Shown here one piece after another: positions 8,182 through 17,480 of a stretch of 56,118 nucleotides of DNA (within the stretch, counting starts at the first letter, position 1; every line of letters begins with the position of its first letter). The notes beneath the pieces were generated by a model. That model saw only the letters and a list, made by a program, of their open reading frames with translations, did no database searches and had not been told where the DNA came from. Source of the DNA: Nitrospirota bacterium. GTDB lineage: Bacteria > Nitrospirota > Nitrospiria > SBBL01 > SBBA01. Made by a program: the position numbers and the translations under genes. Where the stretch lies: the NCBI GenBank assembly GCA_038059935.1, contig JBBTIN010000005.1, forward strand, positions 1 through 56,118, given 5' to 3'.

Positions 8182-8736
8182 CTAGGAGAGGAGGTTGAGG
8201 AATTCCGCGCGGGTTTTGGAGTCGGTTCTAAAGGAGCCCAGCATTGTGGAGGTAATCATCTCTCCGTTTTGTTTTTCCACACCGCGCATCATCATGCAAA
8301 GATGTTTTGCCTCGATCACCACGCCCACCCCATAGGGCGCGATTTTTTCCATAATGGCCTCGGCGATTTGACTGGTCAATTGTTCTTGAATCTGCAGACG
8401 TCGGCAGAAAACTTCGACCAACCGAGGCAGTTTGGAAAGCCCCACCACCTTTTTTTTAGGCAAATAGCCAATATGACATTTTCCAAAAAAAGGCAAAAGG
8501 TGATGCTCGCACATGGAGTAAAAATCAATGTTTCTGACAATCACCATCTCTTCATGGGGCGCGTCAAAAAAAGCGTTGTTCAAAACGGTATCTATATCTT
8601 GATGATATCCCTGTGTGAGAAATTGCAAAGACCGCTCCACGCGATCGGGTGTTCCTAAAAGCCCTTCGCGCGTGGGGTCTTCTCCGATTGCAACAAGCAG
8701 TTTGTGAACGATGTCTTTTATAGATTGATTTTTCAT
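8182..8736 (-). CDS. folE: GTP cyclohydrolase I
   Basis: [50 protein letters not shown]. Confidence 0.96.
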   Translation of the reverse strand: MKNQSIKDIVHKLLVAIGEDPTREGLLGTPDRVERSLQFLTQGYHQDIDTVLNNAFFDAPHEEMVIVRNIDFYSMCEHHLLPFFGKCHIGYLPKKKVVGLSKLPRLVEVFCRRLQIQEQLTSQIAEAIMEKIAPYGVGVVIEAKHLCMMMRGVEKQNGEMITSTMLGSFRTDSKTRAEFLNLLS

Positions 8737-8765
8737 TTTAATGTGCGTTCCATTTTGTATTTATT

Positions 8766-8794
8766 GTAGAGGCGGGTTTGAAACCCGCCCTTAC
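8766..8794. repeat. REP palindrome overlapping the peptidase stop codon
   Basis: GTAGAGGCGGGTTTGAAACCCGCCCTTAC. Confidence 0.7.
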
Positions 8795-9927
8795 GCAATC
8801 TCCAGAAATTTTGGATAGGTTGTCAGATTGGTACAACCATTTTCTTCAACGAGCACCATATCTTCAATCCGAACGCCGCCGATATCCGGGTAATAAAGCC
8901 CCGGCTCCACGGTAACGACCTCTCCTTTTTTTAGAATACACTCCCGCAAACTAATGCCCGGCGATTCATGAATATCAAGGCCGACGCCATGTCCCGTTCC
9001 ATGGAAAAATCCTTGCATGCGGCCATCCACGCGGCCTGTCTTATATCCGTTCACCTCAAAAAGCGCAACAATTTCTTCGTGGATCATCTTGCTGTTGACT
9101 CCCGCTTTTACGCGCGAAATCCCAAACTCCTGCCCTTCTAAAACCGTATCATACATTTTTTTGAGACGATCCGATGCAACCCCTTTAACGACCGTTCGGC
9201 TCATATCGGCGAAGTAGCGCGTCTCAATCGAGCGGGGAAAGATATCAAAGACAATGGCCTCATTGGCGCGAAGTGGCCCCTTGCCGATTTGGTGGGGATC
9301 GCAGGCATCGGCCCCGCAGGCAATAATTGAATGCTCGGCCAGACATCCTTTGCCCATCAGATTCAGATGGAGTCGTTGTCGCAGCGATTCGGATGTGAGC
9401 GACTGTCCCTCATGGCAAATAAAGCCGTCTTTAATTTCTGCGGCGCGGAGCAAGTCAAACAAATCGTCCACTGCTTCTTCTACTGCAATTTGTGTTTTCC
9501 GAATGGCCGCGACTTCTACGGTTGTTTTAATGGCGCGTTCTTCAAAAAAGGGTTCTCGTTTGATGGTGAGTTTATAGCCCAATGCGCGAAGGGCATCGCC
9601 GGATTCCAGCGGGAAATTGGCTGGGACCATCAGTTCGGAAATGGCGCGTTCTTTAAGGAGAACAGAAATCACGTCGGTTGCGGTTGGTCTTTCTTTCTGG
9701 GGTGCGACCCCTGCGAGTTGTTTGGCCTTTTCTTCGTAGTCGGAATAGGAAAGAACGTGATCCACTTTGGATTGCAATCGTGCGCGGTCTACTTCCAGAT
9801 CGCTCATCAGGAGGAAGGATTTCCCGTTTGATTTGAGGTAGATAAAGGAATCGGGCGCGAGGAATCCGCTGGCGTAATAAAGATTCGCGTTACTTTCGCT
9901 TGCAGCGATGATGAGAAAATTATTCAT
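8791..9927 (-). CDS. Xaa-Pro aminopeptidase (M24 family)
   Basis: DIFP, YFADMSRT, FHGTGHGVGLDIHE, TVEPGLYY, GVRIEDMV. The true start is most likely the ATG at 9927, overlapping the trxB stop. Confidence 0.92.
   Translation of the reverse strand: MNNFLIIAASESNANLYYASGFLAPDSFIYLKSNGKSFLLMSDLEVDRARLQSKVDHVLSYSDYEEKAKQLAGVAPQKERPTATDVISVLLKERAISELMVPANFPLESGDALRALGYKLTIKREPFFEERAIKTTVEVAAIRKTQIAVEEAVDDLFDLLRAAEIKDGFICHEGQSLTSESLRQRLHLNLMGKGCLAEHSIIACGADACDPHQIGKGPLRANEAIVFDIFPRSIETRYFADMSRTVVKGVASDRLKKMYDTVLEGQEFGISRVKAGVNSKMIHEEIVALFEVNGYKTGRVDGRMQGFFHGTGHGVGLDIHESPGISLRECILKKGEVVTVEPGLYYPDIGGVRIEDMVLVEENGCTNLTTYPKFLEIA
9699..9717 (+). repeat. RCG-loop micro-hairpin, in-frame within the M24 peptidase
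   Basis: GGGGT-GCG-ACCCC-TGCGAG; encodes LAGVAP on the minus strand. Confidence 0.7.
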
Positions 9928-10876
9928 GGTGATGGGCCGGTGCCTCCTCCGCCTCCAAAAATCGTTCTGCATCAATGGCGGCCATGCAACCGGTACCTGC
10001 TGCCGTAATGGCTTGACGATAGGCTGGGTCTTGCACATCTCCTGCTGCAAATACCCCATGAACATTGGTCTTTGTGTTTTTAGATTCGGTCAGAATGTAA
10101 CCGCGTTCATCCAAGTTTAATTTGCCTTGAAAAAGCGCGGTGTTGGGCTCATGACCTATCGCGATAAAAATACCGTCTGCGGCGACACGAGACAATTGCC
10201 CTGTTTTTAGATTTCTCAAATCCAATGCGCCAACGCACCCCGTCGCCCCTTCTCTCTCTAAGATTTCAACCACTTCGGTATTCCATATAAATTTCATTTT
10301 TGGATTTTGCAACGCGCGGTCTTGCATAATTTTAGATGCACGCAACTGTTCTCGCCGATGAATCAGCGTAACGGTATTGGCAAATCGGGTTAGGAAAGTG
10401 GCCTCTTCCAAAGCGGTATCGCCACCGCCCACAACAAAGACCTCTTTATTTCTAAAGAAAAATCCGTCACAGGTTGCGCAAGCGGAAACGCCATGACCCA
10501 TTAGACGACTTTCTGATTCCAATCCCAAAAGTTTGGCGCGTGCGCCAGAGGCAATGATCAGCGATTTTGCAAAAAGGGTTTGTTCATCCTCGATTACCAC
10601 TTTAAAAGGACGATTTGATAAATCAACATCGGTGACATCACCGGTTATAAATCGGGTGCCGAATCGTTCTGCTTGTTTTTTAATTTCAAAAATCAGTTGC
10701 GGCCCTTGAATGCCGGTTGGAAACGCGGGATAATTTTCAACATCGGTCGTAATCATGAGCTGACCGCCGGCGGATGTGCCTTCAATGAGAATGGGTTTTA
10801 GATTCGCGCGTGCGGCGTAGATGGCCGCAGTGAGACCGGCGGGGCCAGAGCCTAATATGATAACGTTTTCTTCCAA
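9920..10876 (-). CDS. trxB: Thioredoxin reductase
   Basis: GSGPAGLTAAIY, GGQL, CATCDG redox motif, GGGDTA, FAAGDVQD. Confidence 0.96.
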   Translation of the reverse strand: MEENVIILGSGPAGLTAAIYAARANLKPILIEGTSAGGQLMITTDVENYPAFPTGIQGPQLIFEIKKQAERFGTRFITGDVTDVDLSNRPFKVVIEDEQTLFAKSLIIASGARAKLLGLESESRLMGHGVSACATCDGFFFRNKEVFVVGGGDTALEEATFLTRFANTVTLIHRREQLRASKIMQDRALQNPKMKFIWNTEVVEILEREGATGCVGALDLRNLKTGQLSRVAADGIFIAIGHEPNTALFQGKLNLDERGYILTESKNTKTNVHGVFAAGDVQDPAYRQAITAAGTGCMAAIDAERFLEAEEAPAHHHE

Positions 10877-10884
10877 GTAACAAC

Positions 10885-10972
10885 CCCCTGCCCCCTTTTT
10901 TAAGGGGGAATAAGATTAAATGAATTTTAGAGAACCCATCCCCACCTAACCTCCCCTTGAAGGGGAGGGAGG
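10885..10972. repeat. C-rich/G-rich palindromic repeats
   Basis: CCCCCTGCCCCC-TTTTTTAA-GGGGG and CCCATCCCCACCTAACCTCCCC-TTGAA-GGGGAGGG; a similar unit occurs at about 41409-41437. Confidence 0.55.
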
Positions 10973-10987
10973 GAGAGGTAATCCTAA

Positions 10988-11045
10988 TCACGACCAACGG
11001 GGCAGCGTGCCCTGCGGGGAGTGACAATCCGCCCTCCGCGAGAAG
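10988..11045 (+). repeat. Stop-abutting GACCAAC element carrying an 18-nt micro-hairpin insert
   Basis: TCAC-GACCAAC-[GGGGCAGCGTGCCCTGCG]-GGGA-GTGA; otherwise similar to the 8133-8180 copy. Confidence 0.75.
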
Positions 11046-11741
11046 TCAGCCACCCAAGTCGTTGAGGGCGTCTTTTAGGTTTTTGCGGACACAGGTAAAA
11101 ATGGGGGTATCGCGCAGGGTATACTTTGATCCCTCTGTTTCTCTCAACTCCATCACCAAGTCTAAAAAGTCGGCGGGATGATCGCTTTCAAACGCGACAA
11201 CAAATTCCGAGTCGTCCAAACCAAACGAGTAGCTGGTATTGATTTTGACCGTTGGATATTTATGACCGATGGCAATATGTTTATCCATCATTTCCTGTCG
11301 GGCAGCCTTCGGCAACAAATACCAATCGCGGGTCTTCCAAAACGGATAGATAAATAAATATTTGGATTCTCCAGGTACGATCGTGAGCCGCCGGGATTCT
11401 TGGCCTTCATGCTCATGTTTATCCACATAGGTAGAGCGTTTCGTCATGGCAAGATAGGAGTAGGCAATATTGATATATTTCCCCAGACCGGTAGAAAGGA
11501 GTCGAGTCGTCATTTCTTGGATCGCCTCTAATTCATAACCGATTCGCCAAAACATCAGGTCTACTTCCGCGCGAATACCGACGGTGGAATAGGGGATGAG
11601 CATTACCTTTGATGAGAACTCATTGCAGACGGAGTCAAACTCCAACTTTCCTGATTCTCGTTCTGCGGCAGGAAGTCTTCTCCATGCTGGATCCACCTTC
11701 AAAAACCAGTAATTCACATATTGACGCTTTTCTTTATCCAT
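11046..11741 (-). CDS. Chlorite dismutase family heme protein (coproheme decarboxylase-like)
   Basis: YPFWKTRDWYLL, MMDKH (proximal His), SFGLDDSEFVVAFE, MELRETE. Confidence 0.85.
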   Translation of the reverse strand: MDKEKRQYVNYWFLKVDPAWRRLPAAERESGKLEFDSVCNEFSSKVMLIPYSTVGIRAEVDLMFWRIGYELEAIQEMTTRLLSTGLGKYINIAYSYLAMTKRSTYVDKHEHEGQESRRLTIVPGESKYLFIYPFWKTRDWYLLPKAARQEMMDKHIAIGHKYPTVKINTSYSFGLDDSEFVVAFESDHPADFLDLVMELRETEGSKYTLRDTPIFTCVRKNLKDALNDLGG

Positions 11742-11843
11742 AGAATCTCCCTTGAAATAATATTTAGGTTGCTAAAACTGATCTGACTTCAGGGCTGGAA
11801 TCTTAACAGTCGTCGCCTTCCGAAATCAATCCTACTTATGATT

Positions 11844-11906
11844 GTAGGGGCATGTTGCACATGCCCTCAATCCGAGCAGCAAGGGCACGTTGCAACGTGC
11901 CCCTAC
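11844..11906. repeat. GTAG-type REP doublet
   Basis: GTAGGGGCATGTTGCACATGCCC ... GGGCACGTTGCAACGTGCCCCTAC. Confidence 0.8.
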
Positions 11907-11922
11907 GAAGTTTTATCGGTTT

Positions 11923-12933
11923 TTAGACGTGCCCATAATAGGCTTTGTACCACGCAACAAATCGCCTAACCCCTTCTTCAATCGAAATCTTCGGAACAAA
12001 TCCGGTCACCAAAGCCAGATCATCCACATTGGCAAAAGTCTTCGGCACATCGCCCGGCTGCATCGGAAGCATCCGTCTTTCGGTCTTTTTCCCCATTTCT
12101 TTTTCTAACAGGTCTAACAGTGCCAAGATCGAAATGGGATTGTGATTCCCAATGTTAAAAACCCGATACGGCGCGAAACTTTGAGAAGGGTCTAAAACGC
12201 GATCCACAGGAGAAATCGCACGAGTCGGAATGTTTTCCCCCACGCGAACAATCCCCTCGACAATATCGTCTATATATGTAAAATCGCGCTCCATCTCTCC
12301 AAAGTTAAAAACGTCAATCGGCTTTTGTTCAACAATCGCCTTGGCAAACAAAAAAAGCGCCATATCCGGCCGACCCCATGGGCCATAAACAGTAAAAAAT
12401 CGTAGCCCCGTCGTTGGAATGTTGTAAAGGTGAGAATAAGAATGCGCCATCAACTCATTGGCCTTCTTCGTCGCGCCATAAAGCGAAAGCGGATGATCTG
12501 CCGGATCGTGCGTTGCAAAAGGCATCTTGGTATTGCCCCCATAAACGGAACTCGAAGAGGCATAAATTAAGTGAGAAATTGTATGATGGCGGCAGCCCTC
12601 CAGAATATTCAGAAATCCGAGGAGATTGCTTTCGATATAAACATGCGGATTCGTCAGACTATATCGCACCCCCGCCTGCGCCGCCAAATGATAAACACGG
12701 TCAAACGACGACGACGAAAAAAGCGCGGCAACCCCTTCTTTATTTGCGATATCCAGTTGAACAAACCCAAAACGCGTATTGTCCTTCAGCCGGCTAACGC
12801 GATCAAGTTTTAGCTGCACATCGTAATAGTCATTCAGATTATCCAGACCAACAACACGGTGCCCTTCTGCTAAAAGCCGCGTGGATAAATGGGATCCAAT
12901 AAATCCAGCCGCGCCGGTCACCAACATATTCAT
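11923..12933 (-). CDS. NAD-dependent epimerase, UDP-glucuronate 4-epimerase type
   Basis: TGAAGFIG, HLAAQAGVRYS, YGATKK, RFFTVYGPWGRPDMA. Confidence 0.92.
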   Translation of the reverse strand: MNMLVTGAAGFIGSHLSTRLLAEGHRVVGLDNLNDYYDVQLKLDRVSRLKDNTRFGFVQLDIANKEGVAALFSSSSFDRVYHLAAQAGVRYSLTNPHVYIESNLLGFLNILEGCRHHTISHLIYASSSSVYGGNTKMPFATHDPADHPLSLYGATKKANELMAHSYSHLYNIPTTGLRFFTVYGPWGRPDMALFLFAKAIVEQKPIDVFNFGEMERDFTYIDDIVEGIVRVGENIPTRAISPVDRVLDPSQSFAPYRVFNIGNHNPISILALLDLLEKEMGKKTERRMLPMQPGDVPKTFANVDDLALVTGFVPKISIEEGVRRFVAWYKAYYGHV

Positions 12934-12967
12934 GAACGTATTTCCTATTTTCTTGAATTCGTTTTCA

Positions 12968-13018
12968 GGGCGAGGGCACCTCGCCCCTACAGAAACAAAA
13001 CAAAAAGGGCAACCCTAC
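12968..13018. repeat. REP plus truncated REP overlapping the dehydrogenase stop
   Basis: GGGCGAGGGCACCTCGCCCCTAC and GGGCAACCCTAC; CTA at 13015-13017 is the stop codon. Confidence 0.65.
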
Positions 13019-14295
13019 AGCCTGCCGTCTACCCACTCCCGATTCCACAAATGCTTCACGTCGTAGATCACCGATTCTATTTTTGCAATGCTATAGAGAT
13101 ATTCACGGGTCCACTTCGCAAACTGATTATGGGCCACGGCTAAAATAACCGCATCATAACCGTTGTCGGAGGGCTTGGGCGTCAGCGTTATTTTATACTC
13201 TTTCTCAACATCTTCTTTACTGGCCCATGGATCATAAATATCCACATGGGTATTGTATTGTTGCAACTCATGCACAATATCCACCACGCGGGTATTTCGA
13301 ATGTCGGGACAATTTTCCTTAAACGTCAATCCCAAAATAAGAATATGGCTGTCCACGACTTGAATCTTTTTTTGCGTCATCAACTTAATGACCTCTGAAG
13401 CAACATGGCTTCCCATACTATCATTGATCCGCCGTCCCGCGAGAATGACATCGGTATGAAAACCCACCTCTTGCGCCTTATGCGTCAGATAATAAGGATC
13501 AACGCCGATACAATGCCCGCCGACCAGACCCGGGGAAAAAGGCAGAAAGTTCCATTTTGTTCTTGCGGCCCTTAATACATCATCCGTATCAATTCCCAGC
13601 CGATTAAAAAGAAGTGTTAGTTCGTTAATCAAGGCAATATTCACATCACGCTGCGTATTTTCAATCACCTTGGCCGCCTCGGCCACGCGAATCGTCTCCG
13701 CACGATGCAGTCCCGCCGTAATGATCTTCCCATAAACAGCGGCGACTTTTTCTAATGTTTCAGGGGTTGACCCGGAAACAATCTTTAAGATTTTTGTGAC
13801 CGTATGTTCTTTATCTCCGGGATTAATGCGTTCGGGGGAATAACCTACAAAAAAATCCAGATTAAACTTCAGCTCCGATTTTTTCTCCAGAATCGGAACG
13901 CACAATTCCTCTGTCAATCCAGGATAAACGGTAGACTCATAAACGACAATATCCCCTTTTTTAAGAATCGTTCCAACCGACTCTGTCGCCCCGATGATCG
14001 CGGAAAGCTCCGGCCTTTTATAAACGTCAATGGGCGTTGGCACCGTAATAATAAAAAAATTGCAGGATCGCAATCCTTCCAGTTTGGAGGTATAGGTCAG
14101 ATGCTTTGCTTCTTTTAGCGTTTCCGGGGTGACCTCTAGCGTGACATCCACGCCCTCTTTTAATTCACGAACCCGCGTCTCGTTAATATCAAGCCCAATT
14201 GTTTTGAATTTCTTGCCAAACTCGACGGCAAGCGGAAGCCCAACATATCCAAGCCCAATCATTCCAATCGTAAACGACTTCTCGATGTCATTCAT
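13015..14295 (-). CDS. tviB: UDP-N-acetylhexosamine 6-dehydrogenase (TviB/WbpO type)
   Basis: GLGYVGLPLA, YESTVYPG, SPERINPGD, AKVIENTQRDVNIA, GGHCIGVDP, FKENCPD. Confidence 0.9.
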   Translation of the reverse strand: MNDIEKSFTIGMIGLGYVGLPLAVEFGKKFKTIGLDINETRVRELKEGVDVTLEVTPETLKEAKHLTYTSKLEGLRSCNFFIITVPTPIDVYKRPELSAIIGATESVGTILKKGDIVVYESTVYPGLTEELCVPILEKKSELKFNLDFFVGYSPERINPGDKEHTVTKILKIVSGSTPETLEKVAAVYGKIITAGLHRAETIRVAEAAKVIENTQRDVNIALINELTLLFNRLGIDTDDVLRAARTKWNFLPFSPGLVGGHCIGVDPYYLTHKAQEVGFHTDVILAGRRINDSMGSHVASEVIKLMTQKKIQVVDSHILILGLTFKENCPDIRNTRVVDIVHELQQYNTHVDIYDPWASKEDVEKEYKITLTPKPSDNGYDAVILAVAHNQFAKWTREYLYSIAKIESVIYDVKHLWNREWVDGRL

Positions 14296-14322
14296 TGACG
14301 AACCTCCTGTTTTATTAAAATA

Positions 14323-14346
14323 GGGCGACGCGCGCGTCGCCCCTAC
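14323..14346. repeat. REP whose GTAG provides the queH stop codon
   Basis: GGGCGACGCGCGCGTCGCCCCTAC; CTA at 14343-14345. Confidence 0.75.
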
Positions 14347-15008
14347 AATCCGTAATACTTAACGCCGCGTTGAATGGGATCCCTTCCCTGCGTAATACGA
14401 AAACGATTGGTATCTCGCAGGCTATAAATGCAGCCGCAATACTCTTGTTGATAAAAATGCTCCTGCTTTGAAACTTCAATCATGCGTTGAGAGCCGCCGC
14501 CTTTACGCCAATTAAAAGTGAGGTAAGCCATATCAGAATAACGGCTGGCAGCACGCACGCCGGAGTCGTTGATCTGATCCATATCTTTCCATCGAGAGAT
14601 GCCCAATGTACTGGAAAAAATGCGATATCCCTGCTCATGCGCATAAAGAGCCGTTCGGTCAAAACGATAATCAAAGCAAAGTGTACAGCGTTTTCCCCGC
14701 TCCGGCTCGTTTTCAAATCCCTTCACACGGGCAAACCAATTCGGGGCATCATAGTCAGCATCCACAAAGGGAACCCCCAGCTTTTCCGCATAGCGAATAT
14801 TTTCTTCTTTTCGTTGCTCATATTCGGTCAGCGGGTGAATGTTGGGATTATAGAAAAAAATGACATACGAAATGCCCGACGCGGACAATGCGTTCATAAT
14901 CTCGCCCGCACAAGGGGCACAGCAAGAATGAAGCACCATTCTCGTTTCCCCAAACGGAAGCGAAATTTTTGTTGGGGAATCGGTTTCCAATTTTTGAGGC
15001 TTTATCAT
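14343..15008 (-). CDS. queH: Epoxyqueuosine reductase
   Basis: [36 protein letters not shown] (DUF208). Confidence 0.93.
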   Translation of the reverse strand: MIKPQKLETDSPTKISLPFGETRMVLHSCCAPCAGEIMNALSASGISYVIFFYNPNIHPLTEYEQRKEENIRYAEKLGVPFVDADYDAPNWFARVKGFENEPERGKRCTLCFDYRFDRTALYAHEQGYRIFSSTLGISRWKDMDQINDSGVRAASRYSDMAYLTFNWRKGGGSQRMIEVSKQEHFYQQEYCGCIYSLRDTNRFRITQGRDPIQRGVKYYGL

Positions 15009-15024
15009 AAAATGAGCGATTGCA

Positions 15025-15945
15025 TTAGAGCATTTTGGGCGAGGCCGGGGCCTGCGCCCGCTTAAACAAACCCGGCTGACCAAAATGATAGTCGTCTATG
15101 GAAAGTTGAATCGCCAACGTGTTTCCTTTTTCTTTAACACTGCCGCTTGACGGAACCTTGAAGAGTTCCAATAAACGCCGAGAAGTTTCCAATGAGGTCT
15201 CCAACTCTTTTTTAAGGGGCGCACGATATTGCAGATTCACGGGAATGGCCGTCGCCTGTGCGGCAATCTTTTTCTGTGGCCCCAGACGAAACACCCCCGA
15301 AAGCCGTTTAATTTGATCTGGCTCTTTAATCATTGGGATGATACTTCTTTGTTGATTCTCACGCATCAGAGCTGTTAAATCTCCCTTTGTATTATCAGCC
15401 CAAAAGCGAACCCCTGCGTTTTTCAAAAGACCATCCGATAAAAAGGCCTTGTTGGGGGTCACCCACTCGTCCGGGGTCTTGACCGTTTTTAAAAGATGGA
15501 TCAGCGCATCGGGGTTTCCAGACAGAAAAAGCCAATTGTCCCATTTTAAGTAGGCAGACAATTTCGCGTTCTGCGGGGCCGGATGATAAAAAACCGTTTT
15601 CCCTTTCGGCCCTTTCATCTGTTGAGGAACGCCACCCACCAAACCCGCAAGCAGCGCATTGATCGCTTTATCTTTCTGAAGATTTTTGACCTTAGCGACC
15701 ACCAGCGCCTCCCGCTCGCTTCTGGGCGTTACCATGTAAAAGACAGGTGGGAGCACCGATGCGATCGGGGTTCCTTGTACAGAAAATTGGATATACGACT
15801 CAACAAATTCTTTGACCCCCGGGACCGTGCGGTCAAATTGAAACGTAATTGCAAAAAGATTTGCGGGCACGAAAAAAGTAATGATCCCGGCCATCAGAAA
15901 TAAAGCGGAACGTCCGCTGCGGATGGAAAATTTAACAAAGCGCAT
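15025..15945 (-). CDS. Hypothetical exported protein
   Basis: 306 aa, signal-peptide-like N-terminus, GGAGG RBS. Confidence 0.7.
   Translation of the reverse strand: MRFVKFSIRSGRSALFLMAGIITFFVPANLFAITFQFDRTVPGVKEFVESYIQFSVQGTPIASVLPPVFYMVTPRSEREALVVAKVKNLQKDKAINALLAGLVGGVPQQMKGPKGKTVFYHPAPQNAKLSAYLKWDNWLFLSGNPDALIHLLKTVKTPDEWVTPNKAFLSDGLLKNAGVRFWADNTKGDLTALMRENQQRSIIPMIKEPDQIKRLSGVFRLGPQKKIAAQATAIPVNLQYRAPLKKELETSLETSRRLLELFKVPSSGSVKEKGNTLAIQLSIDDYHFGQPGLFKRAQAPASPKML
15905..15923 (+). repeat. RCG-loop micro-hairpin, in-frame within the signal peptide region
   Basis: GCGGA-ACG-TCCGC-TGCGGA; encodes RSGRSA on the minus strand. Confidence 0.7.
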
Positions 15946-16104
15946 TGTTACCCTCCCAAAATGAGTTTATCATACAGAATCTTAATCTGCTTGTAAGACA
16001 TTTTCTTGTGAAGACGGGGCATTATAAATGTTCAATTTCAAAATGTCTATGCATTGCCCTAGAAGGTGTGATAGCATGACCGCGTTTTTCAAGAGATAAA
16101 AAAA

Positions 16105-16197
16105 GGAGAGATGTCCGAGCGGCTGAAGGAGCACGACTGGAAATCGTGTAGACGGCCAAAATCTGTCTCGGGGGTTCAAATCCCCCTCTCTCCGCCA
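16105..16197 (+). tRNA. tRNA-Ser (GGA)
   Basis: GGAGAGA acceptor stem, anticodon arm CACGA-CTGGAAA-TCGTG, long variable arm, GGTTCAAATCC, encoded CCA. Confidence 0.95.
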
Positions 16198-16219
16198 ATT
16201 TTTAAAGTTGGAACTTTTT

Positions 16220-16293
16220 GCGTCTGTAGCTCAACTGGATAGAGCGCCGGCCTCCGAAGCCGTAGGTTATGGGTTCAAGTCCCGTCAGGCGCA
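16220..16293 (+). tRNA. tRNA-Arg (CCG)
   Basis: GCGTCTG/CAGGCGC acceptor, TAGCTCAACTGGATAGAGC D arm, anticodon loop CTCCGAA, GGTTCAAGTCC; CCA not encoded. Confidence 0.93.
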
Positions 16294-16368
16294 TGTCTCA
16301 TCCTAATATCAATGCACTCATTTGTTTTGACATGAGGAAACGAACCTGTAAGGGGTGTTTGGTCATTC

Positions 16369-17430
16369 GTGGGCAAAGTCAATCTTTCTATTTGTATTCC
16401 GACATACAACTTTGGGAAATATATTGAAGAGACCCTTCAAAGTATTCTTTGCCAAATCACAGAAGCGGTTGAAGTTGTCATTGTAGATGGCGCCTCCACA
16501 GATGAGACACAAGAGATCGTTCGAAAACTCCAGCAGACCTTTCCGCAGATTCATTACAATCGTTGCGACCAGCGGGGCGGAATTGACAAGGACATGGCCA
16601 AAACGGTGGAGATCGCAGAAGGAAAATATTGCTGGTTATTTAGCGCGGATGATCTCATGAAACCCAATGCCATTTCAAAAATACTCCACGAAATTCAATC
16701 AGAATGTGATCTTTATTTATGCGGGCTCACGCTATGCACGCTTGCGATGAAGCCCTTTTCCAATCATCCGGTCTGTGCGCTCAATGAAGAGAAAATATTT
16801 GATTTGAGCAATGCCGAAGAAAGGCTCCGTTATTTTCAAATAGCACAGACCACCACGGCCTTTTTTAGTTTTTGCGGCTCACTCATATTTAAAAAATCAA
16901 GATGGGATGCAGTGGCGCCTGATCCCTCTTTTTATGGGGGTTGTTTCGCCCATGCCGCAAGGCTCCTTTGTATGATCCCTCATGGCCTTCGCGTAAAATA
17001 TCTCCCGGATTCTTTGCTTTACAAGCGCGGAGATAACGATTCCTTTTTATCTCATGGCATGGCAAATCGCCTGCGAATTGTCATTGATGGGTATCATCAA
17101 ATCGCCAATACTTTTTTTGGAGCAAAAAGCGAGGAGGCATTTCATATTCGGCGCGCTTTGCGTAACGAAGTGCAATTTTATAAATTCTTAAATCCCAAGC
17201 TGGAATGCCAAGAAAAGGGACTCAAAAAAGATTTAGAACTATTAAATAGTCTGGTTCAGAAACACTACGCGGACCCTTCTCTTTTAAACCGGACTTATAA
17301 ATTACTCTACCAGTTTACCCCGCTCGTCCTTCTTAAAATGGCAAGACCCATTCTCAAAATAGCAAAGCCCATTGCCAGAAGCATTATCAGGGCGTTTCAT
17401 AAAACAGGGGATGTTCTCGTTAAAGGGTAG
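16369..17430 (+). CDS. Glycosyltransferase family 2
   Basis: LSICIPTYN, IVDGASTD, YCWLFSADD. Confidence 0.9.
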   Translation: MGKVNLSICIPTYNFGKYIEETLQSILCQITEAVEVVIVDGASTDETQEIVRKLQQTFPQIHYNRCDQRGGIDKDMAKTVEIAEGKYCWLFSADDLMKPNAISKILHEIQSECDLYLCGLTLCTLAMKPFSNHPVCALNEEKIFDLSNAEERLRYFQIAQTTTAFFSFCGSLIFKKSRWDAVAPDPSFYGGCFAHAARLLCMIPHGLRVKYLPDSLLYKRGDNDSFLSHGMANRLRIVIDGYHQIANTFFGAKSEEAFHIRRALRNEVQFYKFLNPKLECQEKGLKKDLELLNSLVQKHYADPSLLNRTYKLLYQFTPLVLLKMARPILKIAKPIARSIIRAFHKTGDVLVKG

Positions 17431-17480
17431 AGAAAAAATGAGGTTCTTGATAATATCCATCTTCACTAAAGGAATCGTCC

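Noticed and set aside
11046-11741. Functional chlorite dismutase
   Set aside because: The distal Arg appears to be replaced by Ile, and no perchlorate-reduction genes are nearby.
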